Origin: Eledone cirrhosa
Lineage: Eukaryota
Assembly: GCA_964016885.1 (NCBI GenBank)
Contig: OZ024759.1
Coordinates: 1,550,001-1,614,000 of the forward strand
Reading direction: 5' to 3'
Length of the DNA: 64,000 nucleotides
Numbering within the stretch: the stretch's first letter is position 1; every line of letters begins with the position of its first letter. The position numbers and the translations under genes were made by a program. Shown here in pieces: positions 44,921 to 60,200 of the stretch. A model generated the notes under the pieces. It saw only the letters and a program-made list of their open reading frames with translations. It ran no database searches and was not told the DNA's origin.

Positions 44921-47900
44921 ACATGACAAAGTCTATATTAGTAACATGACAAAGTCTATATTAGTAACATGACAAAGTCTATATTAGTAGCATGACACAG
45001 TCTATATTAGTAACATGACAAAGTCTATATTAGTAACATGACACAGTCTATATTAGTAACATGACAAAGTCTATATTAGTAACATGACAAAGTCTATATT
45101 AGTAACATGACACAGTCTATATTAGTAACATGACAAAGTCTATATTAGTAACATGACACTGTCTATATTAGTAACTTGACAAAGTCTATATTAGTAACAT
45201 GACACGGTCTATATTAGTAACATGACACAGTCTATATTAGTAACATGACAAAGTCTATATTAGTAGCATGACAAAGTCTATATTAGTAACATGACAAAGT
45301 CTATATTAGTAACATGACACAGTCTATGTTAGTAACATGACAAAGTCTATATTAGTAACATGACAAAGTCTATATTAGTAACATGACACAGTCTATATTA
45401 GTAACATGACAAAGTCTATATTAGTAGCATGACAAAGTCTATATTAGTAACATGACACAGTCTATATTAGTAACATGACAAAGTCTATATTAGTAGCATG
45501 ACAAAGTCTATATTAGTAACATGACAAAGTCTATATTAGTAACATGACAGTCTATATTGTAACATGACACAGTCTATATTAGTAACATGACACAGTCTAT
45601 ATTAGTAACATGACAGTCTATATTAGTAACATGACAAAGTCTATATTAGTAACATGACAAAGTCTATATTAGTAACATGACAAAGTCTATATTAGTACTA
45701 TGACAAAGTCTATATTAGTAACATGACAGTCTATATTAGTAACATGATAAATCTATATTAGTAGCATGACAAAGTCTATATTAGTAGCATGACACAGTCT
45801 ATATTAGTAACATGACACAGTCTATATTAGTAACATGACACAGTCTATATTAGTAACATGACAAAGTCCATATTAGTAGCATGACAAAGTCTATATTAGT
45901 AACATGACAAAGTCTATATTAGTAACATGACACAGTCTATATTAGTAACATGACAAAGTCTATATTAGTAACATGACAGTCTATATTAGTAACATGACAA
46001 AGTCTATATTAGTAACATGACAAAGTCTCTATTAGTAACATGACAAAGTCTATATTAGTAACATGACAGTCTATATTAGTAACATGACAAAGTCTCTATT
46101 AGTAACATGACAAAGTCTATATTAGTAACATGACAGTCTATATTAGTAACATGACAAAGTCTATATTAGTAACATGACAGTCTATATTGTAACATGACAC
46201 AGTCTATATTAGTAACATGACACAGTTTATATTAGTAACATGACATAGTCTATATTAGTAACATGACAAAGTCTATATTAGTAACATGACAGTCTATATT
46301 GTAACATGACACAGTCAATGTTAGTAACATGACACAGTCTATATTAGTAACATGACAGTCTATATTAGTAACATGACAAAGTCTATATTAGTAACATGAC
46401 AAAGTCTATATTAGTAACATGACAAAGTCTATATTAGTAACATGACAAAGTCTATATTAGTAGCATGACACAGTCTATATTAGTAACATGACAAAGTCTA
46501 TATTAGTAACATGACACAGTCTATATTAGTAACATGACAAAGTCTATATTAGTAACATGACAAAGTCTATATTAGTAACATGACACAGTCTATATTAGTA
46601 ACATGACAAAGTCTATATTAGTAACATGACACTGTCTATATTAGTAACTTGACAAAGTCTATATTAGTAACATGACACAGTCTATATTAGTAACATGACA
46701 GTCTATATTAGTAACATGACAAAGTCTATATTAGTAGCATGACAAAGTCTATATTAGTAACATGACAAAGTCTATATTAGTAACATGACACAGTCTATGT
46801 TAGTAACATGACAAAGTCTATATTAATAACATGACAAAGTCTATATTAGTAACATGACACAGTCTATATTAGTAACATGACAAAGTCTATATTAGTAGCA
46901 TGACAAAGTCTATATTAGTAACATGACACAGTCTATATTAGTAACATGACAAAGTCTATATTAGTAGCATGACAAAGTCTATATTAGTAACATGACAAAG
47001 TCTATATTAGTAACATGACACAGTCTATATTAGTAACATGACAAAGTCTATATTAGTAACATGACAGTCTATATTAGTAACATGACAAAGTCTATATTAG
47101 TAACATGACAAAGTCTCTATTAGTAACATGACAAAGTCTATATTAGTAACATGACAGTCTATATTATTAACATGACAAAGTCTCTATTAGTAACATGACA
47201 AAGTCTATATTAGTAACATGACAGTCTATATTAGTAACATGACAAAGTCTATATTAGTAACATGACAGTCTATATTGTAACATGACACAGTCTATATTAG
47301 TAACATGACACAGTTTATATTAGTAACATGACATAGTCTATATTAGTAACCTGACAAAGTCTATATTAGTAACATGACAAAGTCTATATTAGTAACATGA
47401 CAAAGTCTATATTAGTAACATGACAAAGTCTATATTAGTAGCATGACACAGTCTATATTAGTAACATGACAAAGTCTATATTAGTAACATGACACAGTCT
47501 ATATTAGTAACATGACAAAGTCTATATTAGTAACATGACACAGTCTATATTAGTAACATGACACAGTCTATATTAGTAACATGACAAAGTCTATATTAGT
47601 AGCATGACAAAGTCTATATTAGTAACATGACAAAGTCTATATTAGTAACATGACACAGTCTATGTTAGTAACATGACAAAGTCTATATTAATAACATGAC
47701 AAAGTCTATATTAGTAACATGACACAGTCTATATTAGTAACATGACAAAGTCTATATTAGTAACATGACAGTCTATATTAGTAACATGACAAAGTCTCTA
47801 TTAGTAACATGACAAAGTCTATATTAGTAACATGACAGTCTATATTAGTAACATGACAAAGTCTATATTAGTAACATGACAGTCTATATTGTAACATGAC

Positions 47901-50900
47901 ACAGTCTATATTAGTAGCATGACACAGTCTATATTAGTAAAATGACACAGTCTATATTAGTAACATGACAGTCTATATTAGTAACATGACAAAGTCTATA
48001 TTAGTAACATGACAAAGTCTATATTAGTAACATGACAAAGTCTATATTAGTAACATGACAAAGTCTATATTAGTAACATGACACAGTCTATATTAGTAAC
48101 ATGACATAGTCTATATTAGTAACATGACAAAGTCTATATTAGTAGCATGACACAGTCTATATTAGTAACATGACACAGTCTATATTAGTAACATGACAGT
48201 CTATATTAGTAACATGACAAAGTCTATATTAGTAGCATGACAAAGTCTATATTAGTAACATGACACAGTCTATATTAGTAACATGACAATCTATATTAGT
48301 AACATGACACAGTCTATATTAGTAGATATGACAAAGTCTATATTAGTAACATGACAGTCTATATTAGTAACATGACAAAGTCTATATTAGTAGCATGACA
48401 AAGTCTATATTAGTAGCATGACACAGTCTATATTAGTAACATGACACAATCTATATTAGTAACATGACACAGTCTATATTAGTAACATGACAAAGTCTAT
48501 ATTAGTAGCATGACAAAGTCTATATTAGTAACATGACAAAGTCTATATTAGTAACATGACACAGTCTATATTAATAACATGACAAAGTCTATATTAGTAA
48601 CATGACAAAGTCTATATTGGTAACATGACACAGTCTATATTAGTAATATCACAAAGTCTATATTAGTAACATGACACTGTCTATATTAGTAACTTGACAA
48701 AGTCTATATTAGTAACATGCCACAGTCTATATTAGTAACATGACACAGTCTATATTAGTAACATGACACAGTTTATATTAGTAACATGACAAAGTCTATA
48801 TTAGTAACATGACAAAGTCTATATTAGTAACATGACACAGTCTATGTTAGTAACATGACAAAGTCTATATTAGTAGCATGACAAAGTCTATATTAGTAAC
48901 ATGACAAAGTCTATATTAGTAACATGACAAAGTCTATATTAGTAACATGACAGTCTATATTAGTAACATGACAAAGTCTATATTAGTAACATGACAAAGT
49001 CTCTATTAGTAACATGACAAAGTCTATATTAGTAACATGACAGTCTATATTATTAACATGACAAAGTCTCTATTAGTAACATGACAAAGTCTATATTAGT
49101 AACATGACAGTCTATATTAGTAACATGACAAAGTCTATATTAGTAACATGACAGTCTATATTGTAACATGACACAGTCTATATTAGTAACATGACACAGT
49201 TTATATTAGTAACATGACATAGTCTATATTAGTAACATGACAAAGTCTATATTAGTAACATGACAAAGTCTATATTAGTAACATGACAAAGTCTATATTA
49301 GTAACATGACAAAGTCTATATTAGTAGCATGACACAGTCTATATTAGTAACATGACAAAGTCTATATTAGTAACATGACACAGTCTATATTAGTAACATG
49401 ACAAAGTCTATATTAGTAACATGACACAGTCTATATTAGTAACATGACACAGTCTATATTAGTAACATGACAAAGTCTATATTAGTAGCATGACAAAGTC
49501 TATATTAGTAACATGACAAAGTCTATATTAGTAACATGACACAGTCTATGTTAGTAACATGACAAAGTCTATATTAATAACATGACAAAGTCTATATTAG
49601 TAACATGACACAGTCTATATTAGTAACATGACAAAGTCTATATTAGTAACATGACAGTCTATATTAGTAACATGACAAAGTCTCTATTAGTAACATGACA
49701 AAGTCTATATTAGTAACATGACAGTCTATATTAGTAACATGACAAAGTCTATATTAGTAACATGACAGTCTATATTGTAACATGACACAGTCTATATTAG
49801 TAGCATGACACAGTCTATATTAGTAAAATGACACAGTCTATATTAGTAACATGACAGTCTATATTAGTAACATGACAAAGTCTATATTAGTAACATGACA
49901 AAGTCTATATTAGTAACATGACAAAGTCTATATTAGTAACATGACAAAGTCTATATTAGTAACATGACACAGTCTATATTAGTAACATGACATAGTCTAT
50001 ATTAGTAACATGACAAAGTCTATATTAGTAGCATGACACAGTCTATATTAGTAACATGACACAGTCTATATTAGTAACATGACAGTCTATATTAGTAACA
50101 TGACAAAGTCTATATTAGTAGCATGACAAAGTCTATATTAGTAACATGACACAGTCTATATTAGTAACATGACAATCTATATTAGTAACATGACACAGTC
50201 TATATTAGTAGATATGACAAAGTCTATATTAGTAACATGACAGTCTATATTAGTAACATGACAAAGTCTATATTAGTAGCATGACAAAGTCTATATTAGT
50301 AGCATGACACAGTCTATATTAGTAACATGACACAATCTATATTAGTAACATGACACAGTCTATATTAGTAACATGACAAAGTCTATATTAGTAGCATGAC
50401 AAAGTCTATATTAGTAACATGACAAAGTCTATATTAGTAACATGACACAGTCTATATTAATAACATGACAAAGTCTATATTAGTAACATGACAAAGTCTA
50501 TATTGGTAACATGACACAGTCTATATTAGTAATATCACAAAGTCTATATTAGTAACATGACACTGTCTATATTAGTAACTTGACAAAGTCTATATTAGTA
50601 ACATGCCACAGTCTATATTAGTAACATGACACAGTCTATATTAGTAACATGACACAGTTTATATTAGTAACATGACAAAGTCTATATTAGTAACATGACA
50701 AAGTCTATATTAGTAACATGACACAGTCTATGTTAGTAACATGACAAAGTCTATATTAGTAGCATGACAAAGTCTATATTAGTAACATGACAAAGTCTAT
50801 ATTAGTAACATGACACAGTCTATGTTAGTAACATGACAAAGTCTATATTAATAACATGACAAAGTCTATATTAGTAACATGACAAAGTCTATATTAGTAG

Positions 50901-53900
50901 CATGACAAAATCTATATTAGTAACATGACAGTCTATATTAGTAACATGACAAAGTCTATATTAGTAACATGACAGTCTATATTGTACCATGACAAAGTCT
51001 ATATTAGTAACATGACAGTCTATATTGTAACATGACACAGTCTATATTAGTAACATGACAAAGTCTATATTAGTAACATGACAGTCTATATTGTAACATG
51101 ACACAGTCTATATTAGTAACATGACACAGTCTATATTAGTAACATGACAGTCTATATTAGTAACATGACAAAGTCTATATTAGTAACATGACAAAGTCTA
51201 TATTAGTAACATGACAAAGTCTATATTAGTAACATGACAAAGTCTATATTAGTAGTATGACAAAGTCTATATTAGTAACATGACAGTCTATATTAGTAAC
51301 ATGATAAATCTATATTAGTAGCATGACAAAGTCTATATTAGTAGCATGACACAGTCTATATTAGTAACATGACACAGTCTATATTAGTAAAATGACACAG
51401 TCTATATTAGTAACATGACAAAGTCTATATTAGTAGCATGACAAAGTCTATATTAGTAACATGACAAAGTCTATATTAGTAACATGACACAGTCTATATT
51501 AGTAACATGACAAAGTCTATATTAGTAACATGACAAAGTCTATATTAGTAACATGACAGTCTATATTAGTAACATGACAAAGTCTATATTAGTAACATGA
51601 CAAAGTCTCTATTAGTAACATGACAAAGTCTATATTAGTAACATGACAGTCTATATTAGTAACATGACAAAGTCTCTATTAGTAACATGACAAAGTCTAT
51701 ATAAGTAACATGACAGTCTATATTAGTAACATGACAAAGTCTATATTAGTAACATGACAGTCTATATTGTAACATGACACAGTCTATATTAGTAACATGA
51801 CACAGTTTATATTAGTAACATGACATAGTCTATATTAGTAACATGACAAAGTCTATATTAGTAACATGACGGTCTATATTGTAACACGACACAGTCTATA
51901 TTAGTAACATGACACAGTCTATATTAGTAACATGACAGTCTATATTAGTAACATGACAAAGTCTATATTAGTAACATGACAAAGTCTATATTAGTAACAT
52001 GACAAAGTCTATATTAGTAACATGACAAAGTCTATATTAGTAGCATGACACAGTCTATATTAGTAACATGACAAAGTCTATATTAGTAACATGACACAGT
52101 CTATATTAGTAACATGACAAAGTCTATATTAGTAACATGACAAAGTCTATATTAGTAACATGACACAGTCTATATTAGTAACATGACAAAGTCTATATTA
52201 GTAACATGACACTGTCTATATTAGTAACTTGACAAAGTCTATATTAGTAACATGACAGGTCTATATTAGTAACATGACACAGTCTATATTAGTAACATGA
52301 CAAAGTCTATATTAGTAGCATGACAAAGTCTATATTAGTAACATGACAAAGTCTATATTAGTAACATGACACAGTCTATGTTAGTAACATGACAAAGTCT
52401 ATATTAGTAACATGACAAAGTCTATATTAGTAACATGACACAGTCTATATTAGTAACATGACAAAGTCTATATTAGTAGCATGACAAAGTCTATATTAGT
52501 AACATGACACAGTCTATATTAGTAACATGACAAAGTCTATATTAGTAGCATGACAAAGTCTATATTAGTAACATGACAAAGTCTATATTAGTAACATGAC
52601 AGTCTATATTGTAACATGACACAGTCTATATTAGTAACATGACACAGTCTATATTAGTAACATGACAGTCTATATTAGTAACATGACAAAGTCTATATTA
52701 GTAACATGACAAAGTCTATATTAGTAACATGACAAAGTCTATATTAGTAACATGACAAAGTCTATATTAGTACTATGACAAAGTCTATATTAGTAACATG
52801 ACAGTCTATATTAGTAACATGATAAATCTATATTAGTAGCATGACAAAGTCTATATTAGTAGCATGACACAGTCTATATTAGTAACATGACACAGTCTAT
52901 ATTAGTAACATGACACAGTCTATATTAGTAACATGACAAAGTCTATATTAGTAGCATGACAAAGTCTATATTAGTAACATGACAAAGTCTATATTAGTAA
53001 CATGACACAGTCTATATTAGTAACATGACAAAGTCTATATTAGTAACATGACAGTCTATATTAGTAACATGACAAAGTCTATATTAGTAACATGACAAAG
53101 TCTCTATTAGTAACATGACAAAGTCTATATTAGTAACATGACAGTCTATATTAGTAACATGACAAAGTCTCTATTAGTAACATGACAAAGTCTATATTAG
53201 TAACATGACAGTCTATATTAGTAACATGACAAAGTCTATATTAGTAACATGACAGTCTATATTGTAACATGACACAGTCAATGTTAGTAACATGACACAG
53301 TCTATATTAGTAACATGACAGTCTATATTAGTAACATGACAAAGTCTATATTAGTAACATGACAAAGTCTATATTAGTAACATGACAAAGTCTATATTAG
53401 TAACATGACAAAGTCTATATTAGTAGCATGACACAGTCTATATTAGTAACATGACAAAGTCTATATTAGTAACATGACACAGTCTATATTAGTAACATGA
53501 CAAAGTCTATATTAGTAACATGACAAAGTCTATATTAGTAACATGACACAGTCTATATTAGTAACATGACAAAGTCTATATTAGTAACATGACACTGTCT
53601 ATATTAGTAACTTGACAAAGTCTATATTAGTAACATGACACAGTCTATATTAGTAACATGACAGTCTATATTAGTAACATGACAAAGTCTATATTAGTAG
53701 CATGACAAAGTCTATATTAGTAACATGACAAAGTCTATATTAGTAACATGACACAGTCTATGTTAGTAACATGACAAAGTCTATATTAATAACATGACAA
53801 AGTCTATATTAGTAACATGACACAGTCTATATTAGTAACATGACAAAGTCTATATTAGTAGCATGACAAAGTCTATATTAGTAACATGACACAGTCTATA

Positions 53901-54084
53901 TTAGTAACATGACAAAGTCTATATTAGTAGCATGACAAAGTCTATATTAGTAACATGACAAAGTCTATATTAGTAACATGACACAGTCTATATTAGTAAC
54001 ATGACAAAGTCTATATTAGTAACATGACAGTCTATATTAGTAACATGACAAAGTCTATATTAGTAACATGACAAAGTCTCTATT
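42600..54084. repeat. ~7.0-kb duplication plus nested 1886-bp tandem duplication
   Basis: gtagatatg 43155/50208 (7053), tactatg 45696/52771 (7075) and acagtcaatgtt 46311/53274 (6963). Nested offset of 1886 for atattattaa 47161/49047 and gtagatatg 48322/50208. Confidence 0.8.
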
Positions 54085-54284
54085 NNNNNNNNNNNNNNNN
54101 NNNNNNNNNNNNNNNNNNNNNNNNNNNNNNNNNNNNNNNNNNNNNNNNNNNNNNNNNNNNNNNNNNNNNNNNNNNNNNNNNNNNNNNNNNNNNNNNNNNN
54201 NNNNNNNNNNNNNNNNNNNNNNNNNNNNNNNNNNNNNNNNNNNNNNNNNNNNNNNNNNNNNNNNNNNNNNNNNNNNNNNNNNNN
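54085..54284. other. Assembly/scaffold gap (200 N)
   Basis: Exactly 200 consecutive N. The round number suggests a fixed-size scaffolding placeholder, not a measured gap. Confidence 0.98.
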
Positions 54285-57200
54285 GTCTATATTAGTAACA
54301 TGACAAAGTCTATATTAGTAACATGACACAGTCTATATTAGTAACATGACACAGTCTATATTAGTAGCATGACACAGTCTATATTAGTAACATGATACAG
54401 TCTATATTAGTAACATGACAAAGTCTATATTAGTAACATGACAAAGTCTATATTAGTAAAATGACAAAGTCTATATTAGTAACATGACAAAGTCTTTATT
54501 AGTAACATGACACAGTCTATATTAGTAACATGACACAGTCTATATTAGTAACATGACAAAGTCTATATTAGTAACATGACAAAGTCTATATTAGTAACAT
54601 GACACAGTCTATATTAGTAACATCACACAGTCTATATTAGTAACATGACAAAGTCTATATTAGTAACATGACAAAGTCTATATTAGTAACATGACACAGT
54701 CTATATTAGTAACATGACACAGTCTATATTAGTAACATGACACAGTCTATATTAGTAACATGAGACAGTCTATATTAGTAGCATGACAAAGTCTATATTA
54801 GTAACATGACACAGTCTACATTAGTAACATGACAAAGTCTATATTAGTAACATGACACAGTCTATATTAGTAACATGAGACAGTCTATATTAGTAACATG
54901 ACTAAGTCTATATTAGTAACATGACACAGTCTATATTAGTAATATGACACAGTCTATATTAGTAACATGACAAAGTCTATATTAGTAACATGACAAAGTT
55001 TATATTAGTAACATGACAAAGTCTATATTAGTAACATGACACAGTCTATATTAGTAACATGACGAAGTCTATATTAGTAACATGACACAGTCTATATTAG
55101 TAACATGACACAGTCTATATTAGTAACATGACAAAGTCTATATTAGTAACATGACACAGTCTATATTAGTAAAATGACAAAGTCTATATTAGTAACATGA
55201 CACAGTCTTTATTACTAACATGACACAGTCTATATTAGTAACATGACACAGTCTATATTAGTAACATGACAAAGTCTATATTAGTAACATGACACAGTCT
55301 ATATTAGTAACATGACACAGTCTATATTAGTAACATGACAAAGTCTATATTAGTAACATGACAAAGTCTATATTAGTAACATGACAAAGTCTATATTAGT
55401 AACATGACAAAGTCTATATTAGTAGCATGACAAAGTATGTATTAGTAACATGACAAGGTCAATATTAGTAACATGACAAAGTCTATATTAGTAACATGAC
55501 AAAGTCTATATTAGTAACATGCCACAGTCTATATTAGTAACATGACAAAGTCTATATTAGTAGCATGACAAAGTCTATATTAGTAACATGACAAAGTCTA
55601 TATTAGTAACATGACAAAGTCTATATTAGTAACATGACAAAGTCTATATTAGTAACATGACAAAGTCTATATTAGTAACATGACAAAGTCTATATTAGTA
55701 ACATGACACAGTCTATATTAGTAACATGACAGTCTATATTAGTAACATGACAGTCTACATTAGTAACATGACAAAGTCTATATTAGTAACATGACAAAAT
55801 CTATATTAGTAACATGACACAGTCTATATTAGTAACATGACACAGTCTATATTAGTAACATGACACAGTCTATATTAGTAACATTAGACAGTCTATATTA
55901 GTAGCATGACAAAGACTATATTAGTAACATGACACAGTCTACATTAGTAACATGACAAAGTCTATATTAGTAACATGACACAGTCTATATTAGTAACATG
56001 AGACAGTCTATATTAGTAACATGACAAAGTCTATATTAGTAACATGACAAAGTCTATATTAGTAACATGACAAAGTCTATATTAGTAAAATGACAAAGTC
56101 TATATTAGTAACATGACAAAGTCTTTATTAGTAACATGACACAGTCTATATTAGTAACATGACACAGTATATATTAGTAACATGACAAAGTCTATATTAG
56201 TAACATGACACAGTCTATATTAGTAACATGACACAGTCTATATTAGTAACATGACAAAGTCTATATTAGTAACATGACAAAGTCTATATTAGTAACATGA
56301 CAAAGTCTATATTAGTAACATGACAAAGTCTATATTAGTAAAATGACACAGTCTATATTAGTAACATGACAAAGTCTATATTAGTAACATGACACAGTGT
56401 ATATTAGTAACATGACACAGTCTATATTAGTAGCATGACACAGTCTATATTAGTAACATGATACAGTCTATATTAGTAACATGACAAAGTCTATATTAGT
56501 AACATGACAAAGTCTATATTAGTAACATGACAAAGTCTATATTAGTAACATGACACAGTCTATATTAGTAACATGACACAGTCTATATTAGTAACATGAC
56601 AAAGTCTATATTAGTAACATGACACAGTCTATATTAGTAACATGACACAGTCTATATTAGTAGCATGACACAGTCTATATTAGTAACATGATACAGTCTA
56701 TATTAGTAACATGACAAAGTCTATATTAGTAACATGACAAAGTCTATATTAGTAAAATGACAAAGTCTATATTAGTAACATGACAAAGTCTTTATTAGTA
56801 ACATGACACAGTCTATATTAGTAACATGACACAGTCTATATTAGTAACATGACAAAGTCTATATTAGTAACATGACAAAGTCTATATTAGTAACATGACA
56901 CAGTCTATATTAGTAACATCACACAGTCTATATTAGTAACATGACAAAGTCTATATTAGTAACATGACAAAGTCTATATTAGTAACATGACACAGTCTAT
57001 ATTAGTAACATGACACAGTCTATATTAGTAACATGACACAGTCTATATTAGTAACATGAGACAGTCTATATTAGTAGCATGACAAAGTCTATATTAGTAA
57101 CATGACACAGTCTACATTAGTAACATGACAAAGTCTATATTAGTAACATGACACAGTCTATATTAGTAACATGAGACAGTCTATATTAGTAACATGACTA

Positions 57201-60200
57201 AGTCTATATTAGTAACATGACACAGTCTATATTAGTAATATGACACAGTCTATATTAGTAACATGACACAGTCTATATTAGTAACATGACACAGTCTATA
57301 TTAGTAACATGACAAAGTCTATATTAGTAACATGACACAGTCTATATTAGTAAAATGACAAAGTCTATATTAGTAACATGACACAGTCTTTATTACTAAC
57401 ATGACACAGTCTATATTAGTAACATGACACAGTCTATATTAGTAACATGACAAAGTCTATATTAGTAACATGACACAGTCTATATTAGTAACATGACACA
57501 GTCTATATTAGTAACATGACAAAGTCTATATTAGTAACATGACAAAGTCTATATTAGTAACATGACAAAGTCTATATTAGTAACATGACAAAGTCTATAT
57601 TAGTAGCATGACAAAGTATGTATTAGTAACATGACAAGGTCAATATTAGTAACATGACAAAGTCTATATTAGTAACATGACAAAGTCTATATTAGTAACA
57701 TGACAAAGTCTATATTAGTAACATGACAAAGTCTATATTAGTAAAATGACACAGTCTATATTAGTAACATGACAAAGTCTATATTAGTAACATGACACAG
57801 TGTATATTAGTAAAATGACAAAGTCTATATTAGTAACATGACACAGTCTTTATTACTAACATGACACAGTCTATATTAGTAACATTAGACAGTCTATATT
57901 AGTAGCATGACAAAGACTATATTAGTAACATGACACAGTCTACATTAGTAACATGACAAAGTCTATATTAGTAACATGACACAGTCTATATTAGTAACAT
58001 GAGACAGTCTATATTAGTAACATGACAAAGTCTATATTAGTAACATGACAAAGTCTATATTAGTAACATGACAAAGTCTATATTAGTAAAATGACAAAGT
58101 CTATATTAGTAACATGACAAAGTCTTTATTAGTAACATGACACAGTCTATATTAGTAACATGACACAGTATATATTAGTAACATGACAAAGTCTATATTA
58201 GTAACATGACACAGTCTATATTAGTAACATGACACAGTCTATATTAGTAACATGACAAAGTCTATATTAGTAACATGACAAAGTCTATATTAGTAACATG
58301 ACAAAGTCTATATTAGTAACATGACAAAGTCTATATTAGTAAAATGACACAGTCTATATTAGTAACATGACAAAGTCTATATTAGTAACATGACACAGTG
58401 TATATTAGTAACATGACACAGTCTATATTAGTAGCATGACACAGTCTATATTAGTAACATGATACAGTCTATATTAGTAACATGACAAAGTCTATATTAG
58501 TAACATGACAAAGTCTATATTAGTAACATGACAAAGTCTATATTAGTAACATGACACAGTCTATATTAGTAACATGACACAGTCTATATTAGTAACATGA
58601 CAAAGTCTATATTAGTAACATGACACAGTCTATATTAGTAACATGACACAGTCTATATTAGTAGCATGACACAGTCTATATTAGTAACATGATACAGTCT
58701 ATATTAGTAACATGACAAAGTCTATATTAGTAACATGACAAAGTCTATATTAGTAAAATGACAAAGTCTATATTAGTAACATGACAAAGTCTTTATTAGT
58801 AACATGACACAGTCTATATTAGTAACATGACACAGTCTATATTAGTAACATGACAAAGTCTATATTAGTAACATGACAAAGTCTATATTAGTAACATGAC
58901 ACAGTCTATATTAGTAACATCACACAGTCTATATTAGTAACATGACAAAGTCTATATTAGTAACATGACAAAGTCTATATTAGTAACATGACACAGTCTA
59001 TATTAGTAACATGACACAGTCTATATTAGTAACATGACACAGTCTATATTAGTAACATGAGACAGTCTATATTAGTAGCATGACAAAGTCTATATTAGTA
59101 ACATGACACAGTCTACATTAGTAACATGACAAAGTCTATATTAGTAACATGACACAGTCTATATTAGTAAGATGAGACAGTCTATATTAGTAACATGACT
59201 AAGTCTATATTAGTAACATGACACAGTCTATATTAGTAATATGACACAGTCTATATTAGTAACATGACACAGTCTATATTAGTAACATGACACAGTCTAT
59301 ATTAGTAACATGACAAAGTCTATATTAGTAACATGACACAGTCTATATTAGTAAAATGACAAAGTCTATATTAGTAACATGACACAGTCTTTATTACTAA
59401 CATGACACAGTCTATATTAGTAACATGACACAGTCTATATTAGTAACATGACAAAGTCTATATTAGTAACATGACACAGTCTATATTAGTAACATGACAC
59501 AGTCTATATTAGTAACATGACAAAGTCTATATTAGTAACATGACAAAGTCTATATTAGTAACATGACAAAGTCTATATTAGTAACATGACAAAGTCTATA
59601 TTAGTAGCATGACAAAGTATGTATTAGTAACATGACAAGGTCAATATTAGTAACATGACAAAGTCTATATTAGTAACATGACAAAGTCTATATTAGTAAC
59701 ATGCCACAGTCTATATTAGTAACATGACAAAGTCTATATTAGTAGCATGACAAAGTCTATATTAGTAACATGACAAAGTCTATATTAGTAACATGACAAA
59801 GTCTATATTAGTAACTTGACAAAGTCTATATTAGTAACATGACAAAGTCTATATTAGTAACATGACAAAGTCTATATTAGTAACATGACACAGTCTATAT
59901 TAGTAACATGACAGTCTATATTAGTAACATGACAGTCTACATTAGTAACATGACACAGTCTATATTAGTAACATGACAAAGTCGATATTAGTAACATGAC
60001 AATGTCTATATTAGTAACATGACAAAGTCTATATTAGTAACATGACACAGTCTATATTACTAACATGACACAGCCTATATTAGTAACATGACACAGTCTA
60101 TATTAGTAACATGACAAAGTCTATATTAGTAACATGACAAAGTCTATATTAGTAACATGACAAAGTCTATATTAGTAACATGACACAGTCTATATTAGTA

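Larger units (their letters stand above)
1..54084. repeat. 23-bp tandem satellite array, sub-family L (consensus GTAACATGACA[A/C]AGTCTATATTA, with frequent 21-bp and 20-bp deletion monomers)
   Basis: Uninterrupted head-to-tail copies from position 1 (gtaacatgacaaagtctatatta repeated). Common variants are gacaAagtc/gacaCagtc, 21-bp gacagtc, 20-bp gacagtc...ttgtaa, gtaGcat, gtctCtatt, tatGtta, and gacacTgtc followed by aacTtgac. The array runs off the left edge of the window. Confidence 0.99.

Noticed and set aside
54068-54295. 75-aa ORF from the ORF track (MTKSL-X...-LY)
   Set aside because: It is open only because it crosses 200 N. The flanks are ordinary satellite monomers.
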